From: an uncultured Candidatus Saccharibacteria bacterium | GTDB taxonomy: Bacteria; Patescibacteriota; Minisyncoccia; Phycocordibacterales; UBA9973 | Assembly: GCA_964450735.1 (NCBI GenBank) | Contig: CAYVDC010000002.1 | Location: 703-64,702, forward strand | Reading direction: 5' to 3' | Length of the DNA stretch: 64,000 nt | Part shown: piece by piece, positions 61,643 to 64,000 of the stretch | Numbering within the stretch: position 1 is the first letter of the stretch | How the letters are laid out: the number at the start of each line of letters is the position of its first letter | Translations under genes and position numbers: made by a program | The notes under the pieces: generated by a model | The model's database searches: none | The model's input: the letters and a program-made list of their open reading frames with translations, nothing else | What the model was told of the DNA's origin: nothing

Positions 61643-63349
61643 ATGGTCCAATTTGATGAAGACAATTCAACCAAGCAGCTGGCCGACCTTCGAAAAAACG
61701 AAGAAGAAGATGTTGTTTCTATACTTGCCGCAAATAAATACGGCATGCCCTATATCAACCTCGCGCCTATTATCGTAGAGAACGATGCGCTTCATTATAT
61801 TGGCGAAAAAGAAGCTCGAGAGCTTGGCGTTGCTCCATTTAAAGTACTCGGCAAAAATATTCATATCGCCATTCGCACGCCAGAGAATCCTGCTCTTAGC
61901 GAGTTAACCGAGGAGCTGCGAGTAAAGACAATGATTCCGACCTACTACATGGCTTCACAGGCAAGCCTAGAAAAAGTATGGAGCCGATACAAGGAACTTT
62001 CGCTCGCAACTACTGCACGCGTCGGCGGCATGGATGTTTCAGGAGACACCATCATCGAGCTCGGCAAAAATATTCACAACACCGAGGACATCAAGCAGCA
62101 CATCGAGAAACTAGTGCAAGACAAAGACACCCACAAAGTCTCGCACATCCTGGAGATCATTTTGGCTGGAGCAATTTCTATCGATGCATCAGACATACAT
62201 ATTGAACCAGAAGAAGACTTTGTTCGATTGCGATTGCGATTGGACGGCGTGCTTCAGGACATCTATCATTTCAGCTACGACGTTCACAAACTTTTAAATT
62301 CCCGATTGAAACTCATGTCAGGAATGAAGCTTACCTCAAGCGCTATCGCCCAGGACGGACGCTTCTCAATATTTATCGGCACCGACGAAATCTCGCTTCG
62401 TGTTTCTATTGTTCCAGGCGCGTATGGTGAAGGCATCGTAATGCGTATCTTGAATCCAAAGTCCATTCGCGTGAATTTGGAAAACATGGGAATTGATACC
62501 AAGGTATATGACGTCATGATGAAAGCTATCAACGCTCCAAACGGGCTCATTCTCATCACTGGTCCGACAGGTTCCGGTAAAACAACGACACTCTATGCCT
62601 TCTTGGCCAAGATCTATTCTCCTGAACTCAAGATGATGACGATCGAAGACCCGGTTGAATATCACCTCACTGGAATCACCCAGACTCAAGCTGAGCACGA
62701 CAAAGGATATACATTCGCAGCTGGTCTGCGCGCTGCAATGCGACAAGACCCTGACGTTATCATGGTGGGTGAAATCCGCGATGACGAAACTGCCATGACT
62801 GCCATCGAAGCATCAAATACTGGGCACTTGGTGTTCTCGACACTTCACACCAACTCTGCTGCCGGCGTTGTTCCTCGACTTATCGACCTTGGCGTCAATC
62901 CAAAGATCTTGGTGTCTGCACTCAAACTCTCCCTTGCACAGCGCCTCTGCCGCAAACTCTGTTTGAATTGCCGAAAAGCAGTAGAAGCTCCTGAGCAGCG
63001 GCAGATTGATCTACTTCGAGCTGTCATCAAAAAAGCCATCGAGCTCGGCAAAGATCTCAAGTCATACGAAGTTACTCCTGACATGCCAATCACTCTTTAC
63101 TCCCCTGTCGGCTGCGACAAATGCAACATGACTGGCTACAAAGGACGTATTGGTATCTTTGAAGCGATCCACACAAGCGAAGAAATGGAAAAACTTATCG
63201 TCACAGTTCCATCCGAGCGCGATGTAAAACATGTCGCCGACAAGCAAGGACTCCTCGATATGCGCGAAGACGGCGTCGTCAAAATCGTGAGAGGCATTAC
63301 GTCGTTTGAAGAAGTATCGAACGTGGTGGATCTCTACGAAGCAGAATAA
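61643..63349 (+). CDS. pilB: Type IV pilus assembly / type II secretion ATPase (PilB/GspE family)
   Basis: Walker A LITGPTGSGKTTT. Asp box and Walker B read DPDVIMVGEIRD, and the His box reads GHLVFSTLHT. A tetracysteine motif is present (CRKLCLNC...CDKC). Confidence 0.9.
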   Translation: MVQFDEDNSTKQLADLRKNEEEDVVSILAANKYGMPYINLAPIIVENDALHYIGEKEARELGVAPFKVLGKNIHIAIRTPENPALSELTEELRVKTMIPTYYMASQASLEKVWSRYKELSLATTARVGGMDVSGDTIIELGKNIHNTEDIKQHIEKLVQDKDTHKVSHILEIILAGAISIDASDIHIEPEEDFVRLRLRLDGVLQDIYHFSYDVHKLLNSRLKLMSGMKLTSSAIAQDGRFSIFIGTDEISLRVSIVPGAYGEGIVMRILNPKSIRVNLENMGIDTKVYDVMMKAINAPNGLILITGPTGSGKTTTLYAFLAKIYSPELKMMTIEDPVEYHLTGITQTQAEHDKGYTFAAGLRAAMRQDPDVIMVGEIRDDETAMTAIEASNTGHLVFSTLHTNSAAGVVPRLIDLGVNPKILVSALKLSLAQRLCRKLCLNCRKAVEAPEQRQIDLLRAVIKKAIELGKDLKSYEVTPDMPITLYSPVGCDKCNMTGYKGRIGIFEAIHTSEEMEKLIVTVPSERDVKHVADKQGLLDMREDGVVKIVRGITSFEEVSNVVDLYEAE

Positions 63350-63360
63350 TAAAAAAGAAA

Positions 63361-63390
63361 AAACACTCAGTAGAATTACTGAGTGTTTTT
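63361..63390 (+). terminator. Rho-independent terminator after pilB
   Basis: aacactcagta-gaat-tactgagtgtttttt. Confidence 0.7.
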
Positions 63391-63711
63391 TCTTTTAGAA
63401 CAAAGCATTAATCTCCAAACCATCCATATCCGACTGTGCCGTATATGCATCGCAGCCGTCAAGGAGAGCCCCAGTCGAAACCAAGTCATCCTGTCAGAGT
63501 ACGTACAAACTCGTTAGAGCTGATAGCTTAGAGATTAATACCTTTTTCTTGTTTTGTGAACGTGACCCACATCATACATAAGTAAAATACACAGGGGAAG
63601 CCACGGCTGTGGTATACTCTGTGTATAAGCTGTTAACAATGTGATCTGAGAACAGTATAGCACCTTCGTACTTTTTTGTCAAGTGCTACTCATTGCGACA
63701 GCAAAGAACCC

Positions 63712-64000
63712 ATGGAAGAAAACGAAAATACCATTGTAAATAAAGGCGAAAATAAGGATCATTTCAATGACCGACATTTGGATCATACCCTCCGTCCAGA
63801 CGCTTGGGATGATTATATTGGCCAAACAAGCATCAAGGAAAACTTGAGGATACTTTTGACTGCGGCAAAAGAACGAAACCATCCAGCTGAGCACATTTTG
63901 TTCTACGGTCCTCCAGGATTAGGCAAAACTACCCTCGCCCACCTCGTCGCCCACGAAACTGGCCGCCAGATCAAGATTACGTCTGGTCCTGCTATTGAAA
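63712..64000 (+). CDS. ruvB: Holliday junction DNA helicase RuvB (N-terminal part, truncated by the window edge)
   Basis: [56 protein letters not shown] is the canonical RuvB N-terminus with Walker A. The ORF runs off the window end. Confidence 0.9.
   Translation, partial: MEENENTIVNKGENKDHFNDRHLDHTLRPDAWDDYIGQTSIKENLRILLTAAKERNHPAEHILFYGPPGLGKTTLAHLVAHETGRQIKITSGPAIE

Noticed and set aside
63398-63712. Possible sRNA in the pilB-ruvB spacer (attaatctc...gagattaat inverted repeat enclosing about 110 nt, and acacag...ctgtgt hairpins)
   Set aside because: The stems are short (7-8 bp) and there is no terminator or covariation evidence. This is more likely promoter or 5' UTR structure for ruvB, and I kept it out of the features.

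Overview
This 64-kb window reads as dense bacterial chromosome. It carries about 80 protein-coding genes on both strands and two tRNA genes, tRNA-Arg(GCG) and tRNA-Lys(CUU), both on the minus strand. I found no rRNA, no CRISPR array and no recognisable transposase or integrase. I judged the standard genetic code from the fact that long ORFs (PolA at 810 aa, and 793-aa and 726-aa proteins) are intact. GC is about 40-45% by eye. The gene content and style suggest a small-genome, possibly CPR/Patescibacteria-like organism, but that is tentative and rests on impression, not on any search. Many genes are short, terminators are strong and palindromic, and hypothetical membrane and surface proteins are common.

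The housekeeping genes include polA, a short holA-like gene, tsaE, mutM, ruvA, a partial ruvB at the right edge, rpsT, maf, a type II glutamine synthetase, and a SpoU/TrmH methyltransferase.

The envelope and redox set includes:
- a DipZ-type CcdA-thioredoxin fusion;
- a DsbA-like and DsbB-like pair;
- a thioredoxin;
- a sortase next to an LPNTG-anchored Cys-repeat substrate;
- an L,D-transpeptidase;
- a PilB/GspE ATPase;
- two large adhesin-like surface proteins.

The regulatory modules are:
- an ECF sigma factor with an anti-sigma candidate and a DUF5666-like protein;
- PadR with a PspC/DUF4097 protein;
- a MerR/TipAS regulator;
- a Fur-family regulator divergent from a ZIP transporter, with TTGCAA-N5-TTGCAA boxes between them;
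- an XRE regulator;
- a YerC/TrpR-like protein;
- an AraC-MGMT (Ada-like) fusion.

The most unusual signals are these.
- A three-copy dispersed ~90-nt structured element has compensatory stem changes and an invariant 27-nt tail. Copies lie at about 15.84, 43.65 and 51.14 kb.
- A highly structured ~280-nt intergenic RNA candidate lies between rpsT and ruvA, directly after copy 2 of that element.
- A cluster at 28.7-35 kb encodes a novel 726-aa tandem-repeat protein, a C39-like peptidase and a 579-aa Cys-rich protein with several zinc ribbons.
- A Met-rich small membrane protein sits next to DipZ.
- A J-domain gene carries two in-frame stop codons and is probably a pseudogene.
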